A DNA stretch of 64,000 nucleotides from an uncultured Clostridia bacterium (GTDB lineage: Bacteria > Bacillota > Clostridia > Christensenellales > Borkfalkiaceae): the NCBI GenBank assembly GCA_944328445.1, contig CALVHO010000040.1, forward strand, positions 8,018 through 72,017, written 5' to 3'. Of this stretch, positions 1 to 9,701 are shown one piece after another. A model generated the notes under the pieces. The model saw only the letters and a program-made list of their open reading frames with translations. It was not told where the DNA came from and did no database searches. The stretch's first letter is position 1; every line of letters begins with the position of its first letter. Made by a program: the position numbers and the translations under genes.

Positions 1-1146
1 CCAATACCACTTCTTAATTTTGTCTTTGATGTTGGTAATGGCAATCTTTTTTTCCTCGATAAGCAATGTGCACAATACCGCCATTGGAATAAATTGAGTT
101 GTATATGGTAAATCTCTGCTCAAAAAAATCCTTTCTTCTTGCAGAATCCTTTCGGCTTCCAAGAAGCCTTCTGTGAGCGAGTCCTTATATTTTTTGTAAT
201 CAGCAAGAGAAAGGTTCAAAACATCCTTTTTCTTGCAACTTACAGTACCTTTTTTCTTGTACGTGGAGAGTAGTGTACAAGCTGTCAGAAAGTCTGTAGC
301 ATCTACAACTGTGAGCAAGTCTTTGTTAAAATACTGTTCCTTGCGATCTTCCCAATCCTTTCGGAGTTCGAAATCGTCCATTGCAAAAATTGCAGTGACG
401 AGTTCGAATACGGTAAGAGAAACGCCTCCAGTATTAACATTTTCAAACACCTGACAAACAGCTTCTTTGGGAGTTTCCTTACCAAGAAGAATTACGGGGA
501 TTTTATATTGTATCGTAGGAATTACAAGCATCGTATTAAACTTCGTAAATTCTTGGATAATGGAAGCATCGTAATTGTAAAAAGCGTAATAATTATTTTG
601 CCAGTCTTGAATTTTCGCATAATCCAAAATGATATTCAGCGGGAACAGTTTGTTTTCGAATTCCTTTTCACGCGTAGAAACATTCAATTCTTCGACGCGT
701 CCGAAATTCGAAGTAACAATACGATTTTCGGGAACAGAAACGATTGCCTCCAGTCTATCTACATCAGAAGAAATAGCTTTTTCAATGTCTATGTAGTAAA
801 ATCTCTTGATTTTTTGTCCCTTGTCAGTAACAGTATCTACTGCTTTCTCGCTATATAGTGACGAGTACATAGACGTTAATCTCTGTTGTCCATCAAGAAT
901 AAGCTCAGAAGGAATTGCATTTTTAGCAGGAGCTCCTTCAATTACCCTATATTTGAAACGGATATTTTCATTTCCATATTCTAAAAACATTGCCGCACCA
1001 ATAGGAAAATTACTTGTAATACTGGCGATCAAAGCTCGAATACGATTATCATCCCAAACCCAACCCCTCTGAAAATCCGGTAATTGTGCTTTTCCTGTAT
1101 GAACATCTTTCATCAGTTCGCTAATCGGTCTATCATTTGTTTGCAT
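1..1146 (-). CDS. DUF262 (GmrSD-like, ParB/Srx fold) protein, 3' end runs off the window
   Basis: Not in the ORF track (no stop in window). Manual translation from ATG 1146 after a GGAGG RBS: MQTNDRPISELMKDVHTGKAQLPDFQRGWVW...LILDGQQRLTS...VFENVNTGGVSLT, matching the DUF262 PxFQR, DGQQR and FxxxN motifs. Confidence 0.8.
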   Translation of the reverse strand, partial: MQTNDRPISELMKDVHTGKAQLPDFQRGWVWDDNRIRALIASITSNFPIGAAMFLEYGNENIRFKYRVIEGAPAKNAIPSELILDGQQRLTSMYSSLYSEKAVDTVTDKGQKIKRFYYIDIEKAISSDVDRLEAIVSVPENRIVTSNFGRVEELNVSTREKEFENKLFPLNIILDYAKIQDWQNNYYAFYNYDASIIQEFTKFNTMLVIPTIQYKIPVILLGKETPKEAVCQVFENVNTGGVSLTVFELVTAIFAMDDFELRKDWEDRKEQYFNKDLLTVVDATDFLTACTLLSTYKKKGTVSCKKKDVLNLSLADYKKYKDSLTEGFLEAERILQEERIFLSRDLPYTTQFIPMAVLCTLLIEEKKIAITNIKDKIKKWYW

Positions 1147-1167
1147 ATCAATAGCCTCCTAATTTGA

Positions 1168-1524
1168 CTAAATATTCGTTTTTTCTTTCCAATCGCTTTC
1201 CTTAAAACCTACAAGGACAAAGCTATTACCGATAAGCAATGGGCGCTTAACGAGCATACCGTCGCTTGAGAGAAGACTCAGCATTTCGTCCTCGGACATA
1301 GTTGGAAGTTTGTTTTTGAGATCAAGAGATTTATACAAGAGTCCGCTTGTATTAAAAAACTTTTTGAGAGGTAAACCGCTTTTCTTGTACCATTCCGTTA
1401 ACTCATCGAGCGTGGGATTATCGAGCTTAATATCTCTAAATTCATATTCGACCTTGTTATCATCGAGCCACTTTTTTGCCTTTTGGCAAGTGGTACACTT
1501 AGGGTAACATATAAACTTAACCAT
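1168..1524 (-). CDS. ArsC/Spx family thioredoxin-fold protein
   Basis: CYPKCTTCQKAKKWL N-terminal CxxC and MLVKRPLL motif. Confidence 0.85.
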   Translation of the reverse strand: MVKFICYPKCTTCQKAKKWLDDNKVEYEFRDIKLDNPTLDELTEWYKKSGLPLKKFFNTSGLLYKSLDLKNKLPTMSEDEMLSLLSSDGMLVKRPLLIGNSFVLVGFKESDWKEKTNI

Positions 1525-1528
1525 TGTT

Positions 1529-2554
1529 TCACGCTCCTAACAAACTCTGATCAAACGCAAACAGAGCCTCATTGATTTCAAAAATATTGTAATTACCTTT
1601 GCTGATAAAATATTCGATGATAATATCGAACTTGTTGCTGTGAGATAACGCAAAGCCCGCCTTGCGAAGCATATCTTCGGTTTCAGCCAAGGAAAGCTCC
1701 AAGGATATTGCAAATGCAAGTGCGGTAGGCTTGCTCGGCTTATAGTGAACGTCGCTGCGAATTTTGGAGAACAGCTTGCGGTCAATGTTTGCCTTTTTAT
1801 AGCACTCGGCATCGGTCATACCTTTTTCATCGATTTTACGCAGAAGCATTTGCGAAAAGCTCTCGTCAATCTGCTTTAGCTTCGCATCAAGGTCATCTTC
1901 CGCAAGCATAGCCTTGCAATCGCACATTTTAAAAGAATCAATATCAGATTTCTTTTTCCTTGTGCGTGGAGCCATCGGTGGGAGCGCATTCATACGAATA
2001 CGTTCACGGCTGTAATCGGTATGCTCGTCCACGTAGTTATCGTCGATATATTCGGCAATATCCGAGATCAGCTTCTCGCTGATCTTGTATGCCGCCTTGT
2101 CGAAGATGACGATATAGACCGTCATTTCGTTTTCAAGAAGAAAGTCGCTGATGACGTCGATAGCAACCTTCAATGCTTGATCTTTGGGATATCCGTACAC
2201 ACCCGACGATATAAGCGGGAACGCCACGGTTTCGCATTGGTGCTCTTTCGCAAGGGCCAAAGACTCGCGGTAGCAGGATTCAAGCAACGCCTTTTCTCCG
2301 TGCTTACCGTCATTGTAGATAGGACCGACGGTATGTATTACATACTTCGCAGGCACATTATATCCGCCCGTGATCTTCGCCTTGCCCGTCTTGCAACCAC
2401 CAAGTGTTCTGCACTCGGCAAGCAATCCCGAGCCTGCGGCGCGGTGAATCGCACCGTCAACACCTCCACCGCCGAGCAAAGACTCATTGGCAGCATTGAC
2501 AATGGCATCTACCTTCATTTTTGTTATATCGTTTCTTACTATTTCAAGCGGCAT
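1529..2554 (-). CDS. Macrodomain (O-acetyl-ADP-ribose deacetylase-like) fused to C-terminal XRE-like HTH
   Basis: AIVNAAN[17 protein letters not shown], [20 protein letters not shown]; C-terminal [19 protein letters not shown]-like region. Confidence 0.85.
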   Translation of the reverse strand: MPLEIVRNDITKMKVDAIVNAANESLLGGGGVDGAIHRAAGSGLLAECRTLGGCKTGKAKITGGYNVPAKYVIHTVGPIYNDGKHGEKALLESCYRESLALAKEHQCETVAFPLISSGVYGYPKDQALKVAIDVISDFLLENEMTVYIVIFDKAAYKISEKLISDIAEYIDDNYVDEHTDYSRERIRMNALPPMAPRTRKKKSDIDSFKMCDCKAMLAEDDLDAKLKQIDESFSQMLLRKIDEKGMTDAECYKKANIDRKLFSKIRSDVHYKPSKPTALAFAISLELSLAETEDMLRKAGFALSHSNKFDIIIEYFISKGNYNIFEINEALFAFDQSLLGA

Positions 2555-2566
2555 GGGTGCACCTCC

Positions 2567-4414
2567 TTATATACAAATTATTTCTTCTTGGTTAAACCAA
2601 GTGTTATTTAACAGTGCAGAATACACTTTCTCGACATCATCTGTATAATAAACTATTGCCAAACTATCCATAGCTCTGCTACACGTTACATACAATAATC
2701 GTCTTGTACGATCGAGAGTAGTGTCTTTTCCTTCGGATTCATTTTTAATATCAGTGTCCGATTTGGGTTCGAATCCAAATAGTTTATCGTAGCTAAAAGT
2801 ATTGGAGCGTGCAGCACTATCATCAATTATTACCATCACGCGCTCAAATTCCAACCCTTTAACACCTTGATGCGTATCAAAACTTGCTTGTCCAGTGATA
2901 TATTCCCAATATCGTTCTACTTCCGAAAATGGAGAATTTAAAGCAGCAGACAAATTTGATATTTTTTGAAAATCTTCGTCACCTTCCGAGGGAGGATTTT
3001 CAAGCATTTGTTCAATGTCTTTTGAAAGCGAAAATATTTTTTTCTCATAAATAATACGTAATAACTCACAACAAGAAGGATCTTTCCCCGACCAACATGC
3101 CGATAAAGTATCCACGCTTGTTTGCAATTCTTGCAATAATTCATTAGTTAAGACAAAGTCTTTTTCCCTAAAAATTAAAGTATTTTCCTTTACAATTTTC
3201 GCTTTTTCAAATGGGTTATTACCTAAATCAGCTTGATGCAATGGTATTAAAATATGAGTTAATACCCCAACAACAGACAACGAGCCATCCATTAATCCCT
3301 GTCTGTATGATGGAACATTATGAAGTGATTCGTAGAAATTCTTGAAGCCTAAACGGCTTGCAGCCATTTTATGTTCAAGTGTTAACGCTTTTACATTTTT
3401 TATTTGCTCCCACTTAGCGTCGCCTGTAATCTGTGACATCTGAAGCAGAATGGATTGCTCCGTGTCATAAGGATTATTACGTGATGATACAAAGACCCGT
3501 ACAAATCCTCCCGGCTTATCTTCTCTTGACATTTGTTCAATATCGTCAACGCTTTTTCTTATTGAATTGCACAGATCAACAATTCTTTTGCGGCTACGAT
3601 GATTCATAATTTTTTTCGGAGTTTCCCAAGTGGTCGGAATAGATTTGTGTAGATCATCTTTTCCGTCCAAATAGATTCTCTGCATTATATCACCGAGCAA
3701 GCCAACGGAAAATCGTTCAGCATATTTTTCTTGGATCTGTAGAAACACGTTCATCAAATCCTTTTTGGTATCTTGACTTTCATCAATCAACAAAATGGGG
3801 TATTTGTCAACAAGTATCTTTTGTAATGTTTCCTTTTGGGATAAAAACTCAGCGGTGATTTTTATAACCTCAGCGTGATCTAAAGAATTGTTTTCTAAAT
3901 TGAGTCCATCGGGATTATAAATAAAGTGTTTAACTGAATCTAAATATTCAAGGCGTTGAGTTAATTTAGCAAGTTTCTTTTCGGTTTCGTTATACGTTTT
4001 CGTAGTTTTACGACTTGTAGCCAATTTTGTTTCTGCTTCTTCTTTTTTTACACTAATTTCTCGCTTCAGCCACTCACGAATATCGCAAGTATGGACACTG
4101 ATCAAATTCCAAGCGAAGCTATGGATAGTTGATATTTCAAACAAGGGATTATAGCGCGATCTGCGCTTTATCTCATCACGTGCGGCATTTGTATATGTAA
4201 TAACAGCTACATTTCTACCGTTTAATTTGAGTTCTCGCCCCATTTTTGCATTTATATATTCCAATGCAGAAACTAAACTGCGAGTTTTTCCACTGCCGGC
4301 ACCTGCGAATAAGAAAAAGCTTTTGGGATTTTTCAGATCAAAACAACTTTGGATAACGCTATCTGCATTACTATCTCTGTTATCATCAGTAACAACGCGA
4401 ATATCCTCCATCAT
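2567..4414 (-). CDS. UvrD/SF1A helicase, Gabija GajB-like
   Basis: Walker A AGAGSGKT, DESQD, THQGVKGLEFERV, RRLLYVTCSRA; start overlaps the OLD gene stop. Confidence 0.85.
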   Translation of the reverse strand: MMEDIRVVTDDNRDSNADSVIQSCFDLKNPKSFFLFAGAGSGKTRSLVSALEYINAKMGRELKLNGRNVAVITYTNAARDEIKRRSRYNPLFEISTIHSFAWNLISVHTCDIREWLKREISVKKEEAETKLATSRKTTKTYNETEKKLAKLTQRLEYLDSVKHFIYNPDGLNLENNSLDHAEVIKITAEFLSQKETLQKILVDKYPILLIDESQDTKKDLMNVFLQIQEKYAERFSVGLLGDIMQRIYLDGKDDLHKSIPTTWETPKKIMNHRSRKRIVDLCNSIRKSVDDIEQMSREDKPGGFVRVFVSSRNNPYDTEQSILLQMSQITGDAKWEQIKNVKALTLEHKMAASRLGFKNFYESLHNVPSYRQGLMDGSLSVVGVLTHILIPLHQADLGNNPFEKAKIVKENTLIFREKDFVLTNELLQELQTSVDTLSACWSGKDPSCCELLRIIYEKKIFSLSKDIEQMLENPPSEGDEDFQKISNLSAALNSPFSEVERYWEYITGQASFDTHQGVKGLEFERVMVIIDDSAARSNTFSYDKLFGFEPKSDTDIKNESEGKDTTLDRTRRLLYVTCSRAMDSLAIVYYTDDVEKVYSALLNNTWFNQEEIICI

Positions 4415-6618
4415 TCATCCTCCTTGTTCAAAAAGTCATTATTATCTTTCGACGAAATCTCTTTTTCCAACCATTCTAACGCCTCTGCTATGTATGCAGG
4501 TATCTCTATGCTTTGTGGATCTCTGTTGTATATCATATCCAATGCAAATTCAGCTTTTTTAGCAGTTGTACTTTCAACCGCACTATAAACAACGGTAGAT
4601 ATTTGAGTTTCATTTTCGGTCTTAAAAGCATTCTTGAATTTCTTTATCAGACCGTTACCTTTCATAGTTTTGAAACTGTCAAAATTGGTATATGCTAAAG
4701 AATCCTCAAATGTAGTAGGGATAAATTCATGCTCTGTTCCATCAGAAAAGGTGACATTTATAGGAGTCTGATAAGCCACTCTTGTTTTGGCATCGTCAAT
4801 ATGAGGATTAGATTCTACTTTGCTATCAAAGTCAAGATCAAGCAAATAGTCCAAATCCGTATTTTTAATTACCCAATTCTTGATTGTTGGATTAGATGAA
4901 AAGTATCCCTTGCCACGCTCGGGTAATATGCCTGTACCATGAGCGCCGTGAGCACTATCCAAATCAGCAATAACCAAACAAGAGATTCCTAACGTATCAA
5001 TCAGTGGTTTCAAATAATGTGCATATCGTCCGCCGATCTCTAAAACGGAAATATAAGCATCATCCAACACTTCATATTTGTTAAGGAAATAGGGCGTAAA
5101 CATTCTTTCGCCCGCACCCTCTATCAATATGGCAGCATCGGCAAAGAACAAATCACAATGAGTAGTTCTAAGATATCTTGTTACAAAACGAGAGGTCTGT
5201 GTTGATACTCCAAATACATTGGACAAATTGACAACCACTGAGATTGGTAATCCTTCAGCACTCTTAGTTCTTCTAAAATAACGGAGATTGGCAAATTCAC
5301 ACTCCAATGCAATGCTACTTGAATGAGTCGAAACAATCAATTGAGTACAGTAATTGCTTTTGTTTTTCAACAATGGATTGTTTCTTAGAATATCATACGC
5401 ATTCTTAATAAACACTTGCTGAACTTGAACGTGCAAATGTGCTTCGGGTTCTTCAATCAACACAAGATGAATGGGTTGTATAGCCTCGATTTCCTCTTCG
5501 TCCGCCTTACGTCTATCTCCGTTAATCCAAGAATCTCTAAAGCTCATCAATTTGAAAGACATAGAAATCAAATTTTGGTATCCCAAGCCGTTAAATTTTT
5601 CCGGGAGCTTGTACTTATTATCGCCATCTGAAAAAATCGGATATTTTACAACCGTACTATGGGATATGATATCACTTGTCTGTGTTTTGGCTTCGATCAC
5701 AATGCCCGGATTATACTTGCCGGGATATCCGAACTTCGCCAACTCATCCATAGCACTTTGAAAACGCTTAGAAATCTGTTTGTCAAACACTTCTTTGGCT
5801 GCTTGCATTTCAGTTAGTGCTCGTATATCAGATGCCGACGGTTTACGCTCGGGATCTAATTGTTTATCATAGTAATCTCTTAACTGTGCGGACAGTAGAT
5901 TACTTTCGATTGTGGAATCATTATCATCTTCGTTAGAGTCTTCAAGTCCTCGCTGCGCAGTAATGATATCTATTTTTATTAGCTTTTTGAACGGATCAAA
6001 ATCTAATGGAGAATTATTATAAGGCGTTTCTTGTGGTGAAGCAATACTATCTTCGGAAAGATCCATAAGCTTTGCGGGATCAAGAATATAGGCGTTCATA
6101 ACAAAATGAGTTTTCATTTTATTATGAAGATAGTCTGTAAAATTCAACGGCCATAATTTAGCCTTATCAGATCTTGTTCGTGCCAACTTGTATGCGGAAA
6201 CAAACTCTTGGAACAGTTTTGCCACATCTTTAGGCTCGTATATTAATCTCACACCTATCCTGCCGCTACGCCACGAAAGTGTAGGCAGAATATTAGCTAC
6301 ATATCTTAGCTCATCTTCACGAACCTCGAGCCAAACATCTATGAACGGACAGATTTCCTTCCAATCTTCAATGCTCGGCGTGACGGGTGCCGCTTCATCA
6401 ATATAACGCTCTCCCAAATGAGTAATAGCTGCCAAATTTGACAAAGTAAAATCTTCGACAACAAGTTGACGTTTCTTTAAGAATTTAACGAGTGCGAACA
6501 TTGCCGATGTTTTTCCACTATTATTTGCACCAACAAAAATAGTAGATTTAGGGCTTAAGTCAATTCTACAACTTTTTATTTTTCTAAAATTTTTAATTTC
6601 TACAAAGGCAATGTTCAT
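4411..6618 (-). CDS. OLD-family ATP-dependent endonuclease (ABC ATPase + TOPRIM), Gabija GajA-like
   Basis: GANNSGKT, LIEEPEAHLH, VSTHS, TOPRIM LIEGAGE and IADLD. Confidence 0.85.
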   Translation of the reverse strand: MNIAFVEIKNFRKIKSCRIDLSPKSTIFVGANNSGKTSAMFALVKFLKKRQLVVEDFTLSNLAAITHLGERYIDEAAPVTPSIEDWKEICPFIDVWLEVREDELRYVANILPTLSWRSGRIGVRLIYEPKDVAKLFQEFVSAYKLARTRSDKAKLWPLNFTDYLHNKMKTHFVMNAYILDPAKLMDLSEDSIASPQETPYNNSPLDFDPFKKLIKIDIITAQRGLEDSNEDDNDSTIESNLLSAQLRDYYDKQLDPERKPSASDIRALTEMQAAKEVFDKQISKRFQSAMDELAKFGYPGKYNPGIVIEAKTQTSDIISHSTVVKYPIFSDGDNKYKLPEKFNGLGYQNLISMSFKLMSFRDSWINGDRRKADEEEIEAIQPIHLVLIEEPEAHLHVQVQQVFIKNAYDILRNNPLLKNKSNYCTQLIVSTHSSSIALECEFANLRYFRRTKSAEGLPISVVVNLSNVFGVSTQTSRFVTRYLRTTHCDLFFADAAILIEGAGERMFTPYFLNKYEVLDDAYISVLEIGGRYAHYLKPLIDTLGISCLVIADLDSAHGAHGTGILPERGKGYFSSNPTIKNWVIKNTDLDYLLDLDFDSKVESNPHIDDAKTRVAYQTPINVTFSDGTEHEFIPTTFEDSLAYTNFDSFKTMKGNGLIKKFKNAFKTENETQISTVVYSAVESTTAKKAEFALDMIYNRDPQSIEIPAYIAEALEWLEKEISSKDNNDFLNKEDE

Positions 6619-6630
6619 CTTTGTTCTCCT

Positions 6631-7749
6631 TTACATTCTGTCGCCGTAAGGCAAGGATTTTATATAAGTCTCCATCCATTGCCAATCCGGAATATATCCT
6701 TTGGGTGAGTATTTGAGTGTCTTATCAATTATTGGTGTTCCATCAGTTTTCCGTTGTATTGGAAGAGTGAATCCAAAATCTGTCCTAATGTGCGTATTTA
6801 ATTCTCTACCAAAAGGAAAATACTTATATTTACTTTCGTTCATTATACAAGTCGTTATAAAAAGCTTTGTGGCATTAGATATTCCATCTTCAAATTCAAG
6901 TACGGATACGTTTTGTGAAGTATAAAAATCCTCAACTTGTAAGTATGAAGAACCCAGACTACCGCCAAGAGCAACCGTAATGCAACCTGCTTTATACGGC
7001 TTTATAACATTTCCTTTGTCGTCCAGAACATAATCGACTTTACCTGCGACGCCGTTGTTATCCGCAGATCTTCCTACAAAATTTACACTTGGATCATCCA
7101 TACTCATTACAGAATAATCCAGTTTATTTCCCATAGTTATCGTGCAAATATCCTTTAACAAAAAATATTCCCAATTGGAAGTGTCTAATTTGATACTTGT
7201 GTTGTCTGTGTTTTTAGTGGTTAGCGGATGATAATGTAATGACTTTATGTATTTTTCCATCCAGTCCCAATCAGGAATATATCCTTCATCGGAATATTTA
7301 CAAGTATCATCAATATATGGGGTGCCATCAGCATTGTGTCTAATGGGGAGATTGATGATCGTATCCTTCAAATGAGTTTTCCATTTTCGACCAAAGGAAT
7401 ACTTTGGTCTTTCTTGACACAATATGGTAGCAATAAATATTCCGTTATATGGATTAAGATTTTTGTTATATCCTGCTACAATATCCGTTGTTCCGATAAA
7501 ATCAACATCCATATAGTTGGCATAACCAACCGAGCCTTGTCCATTGCAGATGAATATAATGCAATTTCCTTTTTGCATGAGATCTATATCTTTAATGCAA
7601 TGAATCATAACACCATTATCATCTTTCTTTGCACCTACATAAAAGCACTCATTACCTTCTTCAAGCATTCCTTGATTAGCTTTTCCGTTTTCCAGTTTGA
7701 ATAATTTATGTATAACGAATCCTTTCCAATCAGCAATATTAAGATTCAT
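6631..7749 (-). CDS. Restriction-modification specificity subunit (two TRDs; BcgI beta-like)
   Basis: Two internally repeated halves, each ending GYIPDWxWMExYIKSL; overlaps the stop of the upstream methylase gene. Confidence 0.75.
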   Translation of the reverse strand: MNLNIADWKGFVIHKLFKLENGKANQGMLEEGNECFYVGAKKDDNGVMIHCIKDIDLMQKGNCIIFICNGQGSVGYANYMDVDFIGTTDIVAGYNKNLNPYNGIFIATILCQERPKYSFGRKWKTHLKDTIINLPIRHNADGTPYIDDTCKYSDEGYIPDWDWMEKYIKSLHYHPLTTKNTDNTSIKLDTSNWEYFLLKDICTITMGNKLDYSVMSMDDPSVNFVGRSADNNGVAGKVDYVLDDKGNVIKPYKAGCITVALGGSLGSSYLQVEDFYTSQNVSVLEFEDGISNATKLFITTCIMNESKYKYFPFGRELNTHIRTDFGFTLPIQRKTDGTPIIDKTLKYSPKGYIPDWQWMETYIKSLPYGDRM

Positions 7750-9664
7750 ATATTCTACCTTCTTTCATAAGGTATGCAAGATAATTGTTCAAAGATTGTT
7801 GGAAATCTTCTTCAGAAAGTTTGCTATAATCAGTTTTCATATAGGCTTCGCACAGCCATTCAGATGTGCCATCCACAATTGCTGTTGAAGATTTTCCGTC
7901 AAGTGCTTTTTTGTTATTAAACAAATACAGCCACTCATTCTCAATAACCTTCCATTTGGAATTGTTGTTTTCATCGAATTGTTCGATTCTTCCAAGATTC
8001 TTTTTCTTTTTGAATCCGTCCTCCTTACAATAGCCAAAAAATGTTTCGTTGACGGTGCCATCTGCTTTTTTGTGAGGCTTTCCTAATGTAAACAACATAC
8101 AACACGCACAAGCTGAAGCTCCCGGATAGAAGATTTCATTGGGAAGCGTAAATACTGCTTCAAGTGTGTTATTCTTAAGCATTTCTATTTTTTCATTTTC
8201 TATAATAGCACTTGTACCAATAGCAGCAGATACAGGTAACAAAACAGCAAGTTTAACGGTTTTTACCGGCTCATTCTTGTTTTCGCGTTCTTTATTCATT
8301 TCCGCTATAACATCAGATAAATAATGTATAAAAACTAATCCCTTGGTAGGATCTTCTTTTCCGTCTTTTGCTTTGCCCCAATCTTTTTTGTATCTTTCGG
8401 GAATACCAATCGGTTTTGCATTGTAAGGAGGATTCATCAAAACAATATCAGGATTAGCATTTTTTATAAAGGATTTGCAATCAAAACAACTTCCAAATTT
8501 AATGTTAGAATTGCCATCACCGTGAATAAGCATATTTGTAGTAGACAAGCCATACGCTTTTTCTTCGTTTTCAATACCATAAATATGCTCTTTTTTCACA
8601 ACATCTTGCAAAGCTTTTGCTTCTTCTTCGGTTTTGCCGCGGCTACAGTCAGCCAGTGCCTTTACCATCGCCTGAACCAAAAACGAACCGCTACCACAAG
8701 TTATATCAAGGACACGCTTTGTCCTATCCACTTCTGTCAGCCTGCACATAAATTCTGTAATGTGATCGGGAGTAAAAGCTTGGTTCTTATCAGCCTTACC
8801 GGTATATTTGTTAAAAGCAATAAAGAAAAGATTTAAGATGTCTTGTCCTTCAGAACTATTAGTATCAATATATTGATAAATATCCATAAGGATAGTATCT
8901 AAAATTTTAATCCAATGTGTAATAGTGAGCTTCTTAACTTTTTGATCGTTAAGAACATTCTTTTGAAGCAATTCTATCTTTTTAGCTTTGTTTTCGGAAC
9001 CATCAAGCAAACTATCCAATGTAGACTCGATAGCTGCACGAATTTGTTTTTCATCCATTACAGCCCAATGAGCATCAAGCTTTTTCTTGAGATTCTCGTC
9101 AATCTTCTTTGCTCCAAACTTTTCAACTAAATTTTTAAGATATAACAGAGTTGTTCCTACGAATTGGCTACGGAGTCTTTCATCAATATCCATTTTATGA
9201 AGCAATTCGTTTAGATCGTAGGTGTTTTTCAAAACTTTTTCTCTATCGTTTTGCTTACTTACATCAAACAACTTCTCGTAATGTTCCATTGTGTCAAGAA
9301 CGCTCTCATCAAAGAGGACAAATTTATCTTCAACAAATGATTTCCACACTTTTATTTTATCATTATTGGTGTTAGCAAGTATACAAATAATCTTCTTATT
9401 CTTGTGCAAAGCACGTTCTTCATCCAAATATTCAGCGAGCTGTGCTTCATCAGCTTTTTTGAATATTTGCTTAGTTTCAACAAGAATAACAATATCACCT
9501 TTTTCAAAACGAATATCCAATTTGAAATGGGTGATAGGATGTCCCACTGCCTTTTCAAGTGCTGACTTTGAACCCGCTTCTTGCACATAACTATATTCGC
9601 CGCCTTCAATGTTGGCTGTCAAGTATTGCTTACCGATTCTCTCTATCATATCATGACGTGTCAT
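7739..9664 (-). CDS. Fused restriction endonuclease-N6-adenine methyltransferase (type IIB/IIG, BcgI alpha-like)
   Basis: Start set at MTRHD (GGAG RBS); N-terminal DIRFEKGDIVILVETK PD-(D/E)xK-like motif; motif I VLDITCGSGSFL; motif IV NPPY. Confidence 0.8.
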   Translation of the reverse strand: MTRHDMIERIGKQYLTANIEGGEYSYVQEAGSKSALEKAVGHPITHFKLDIRFEKGDIVILVETKQIFKKADEAQLAEYLDEERALHKNKKIICILANTNNDKIKVWKSFVEDKFVLFDESVLDTMEHYEKLFDVSKQNDREKVLKNTYDLNELLHKMDIDERLRSQFVGTTLLYLKNLVEKFGAKKIDENLKKKLDAHWAVMDEKQIRAAIESTLDSLLDGSENKAKKIELLQKNVLNDQKVKKLTITHWIKILDTILMDIYQYIDTNSSEGQDILNLFFIAFNKYTGKADKNQAFTPDHITEFMCRLTEVDRTKRVLDITCGSGSFLVQAMVKALADCSRGKTEEEAKALQDVVKKEHIYGIENEEKAYGLSTTNMLIHGDGNSNIKFGSCFDCKSFIKNANPDIVLMNPPYNAKPIGIPERYKKDWGKAKDGKEDPTKGLVFIHYLSDVIAEMNKERENKNEPVKTVKLAVLLPVSAAIGTSAIIENEKIEMLKNNTLEAVFTLPNEIFYPGASACACCMLFTLGKPHKKADGTVNETFFGYCKEDGFKKKKNLGRIEQFDENNNSKWKVIENEWLYLFNNKKALDGKSSTAIVDGTSEWLCEAYMKTDYSKLSEEDFQQSLNNYLAYLMKEGRIYES

Positions 9665-9701
9665 AGTAATTCTCCTAATAAAAATTATGCTTTTCAATGC
9701 T

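Noticed and set aside
1529-2554. DarTG toxin-antitoxin
   Set aside because: No DarT-like gene is adjacent and the C-terminus is an HTH rather than a DarG-type domain.
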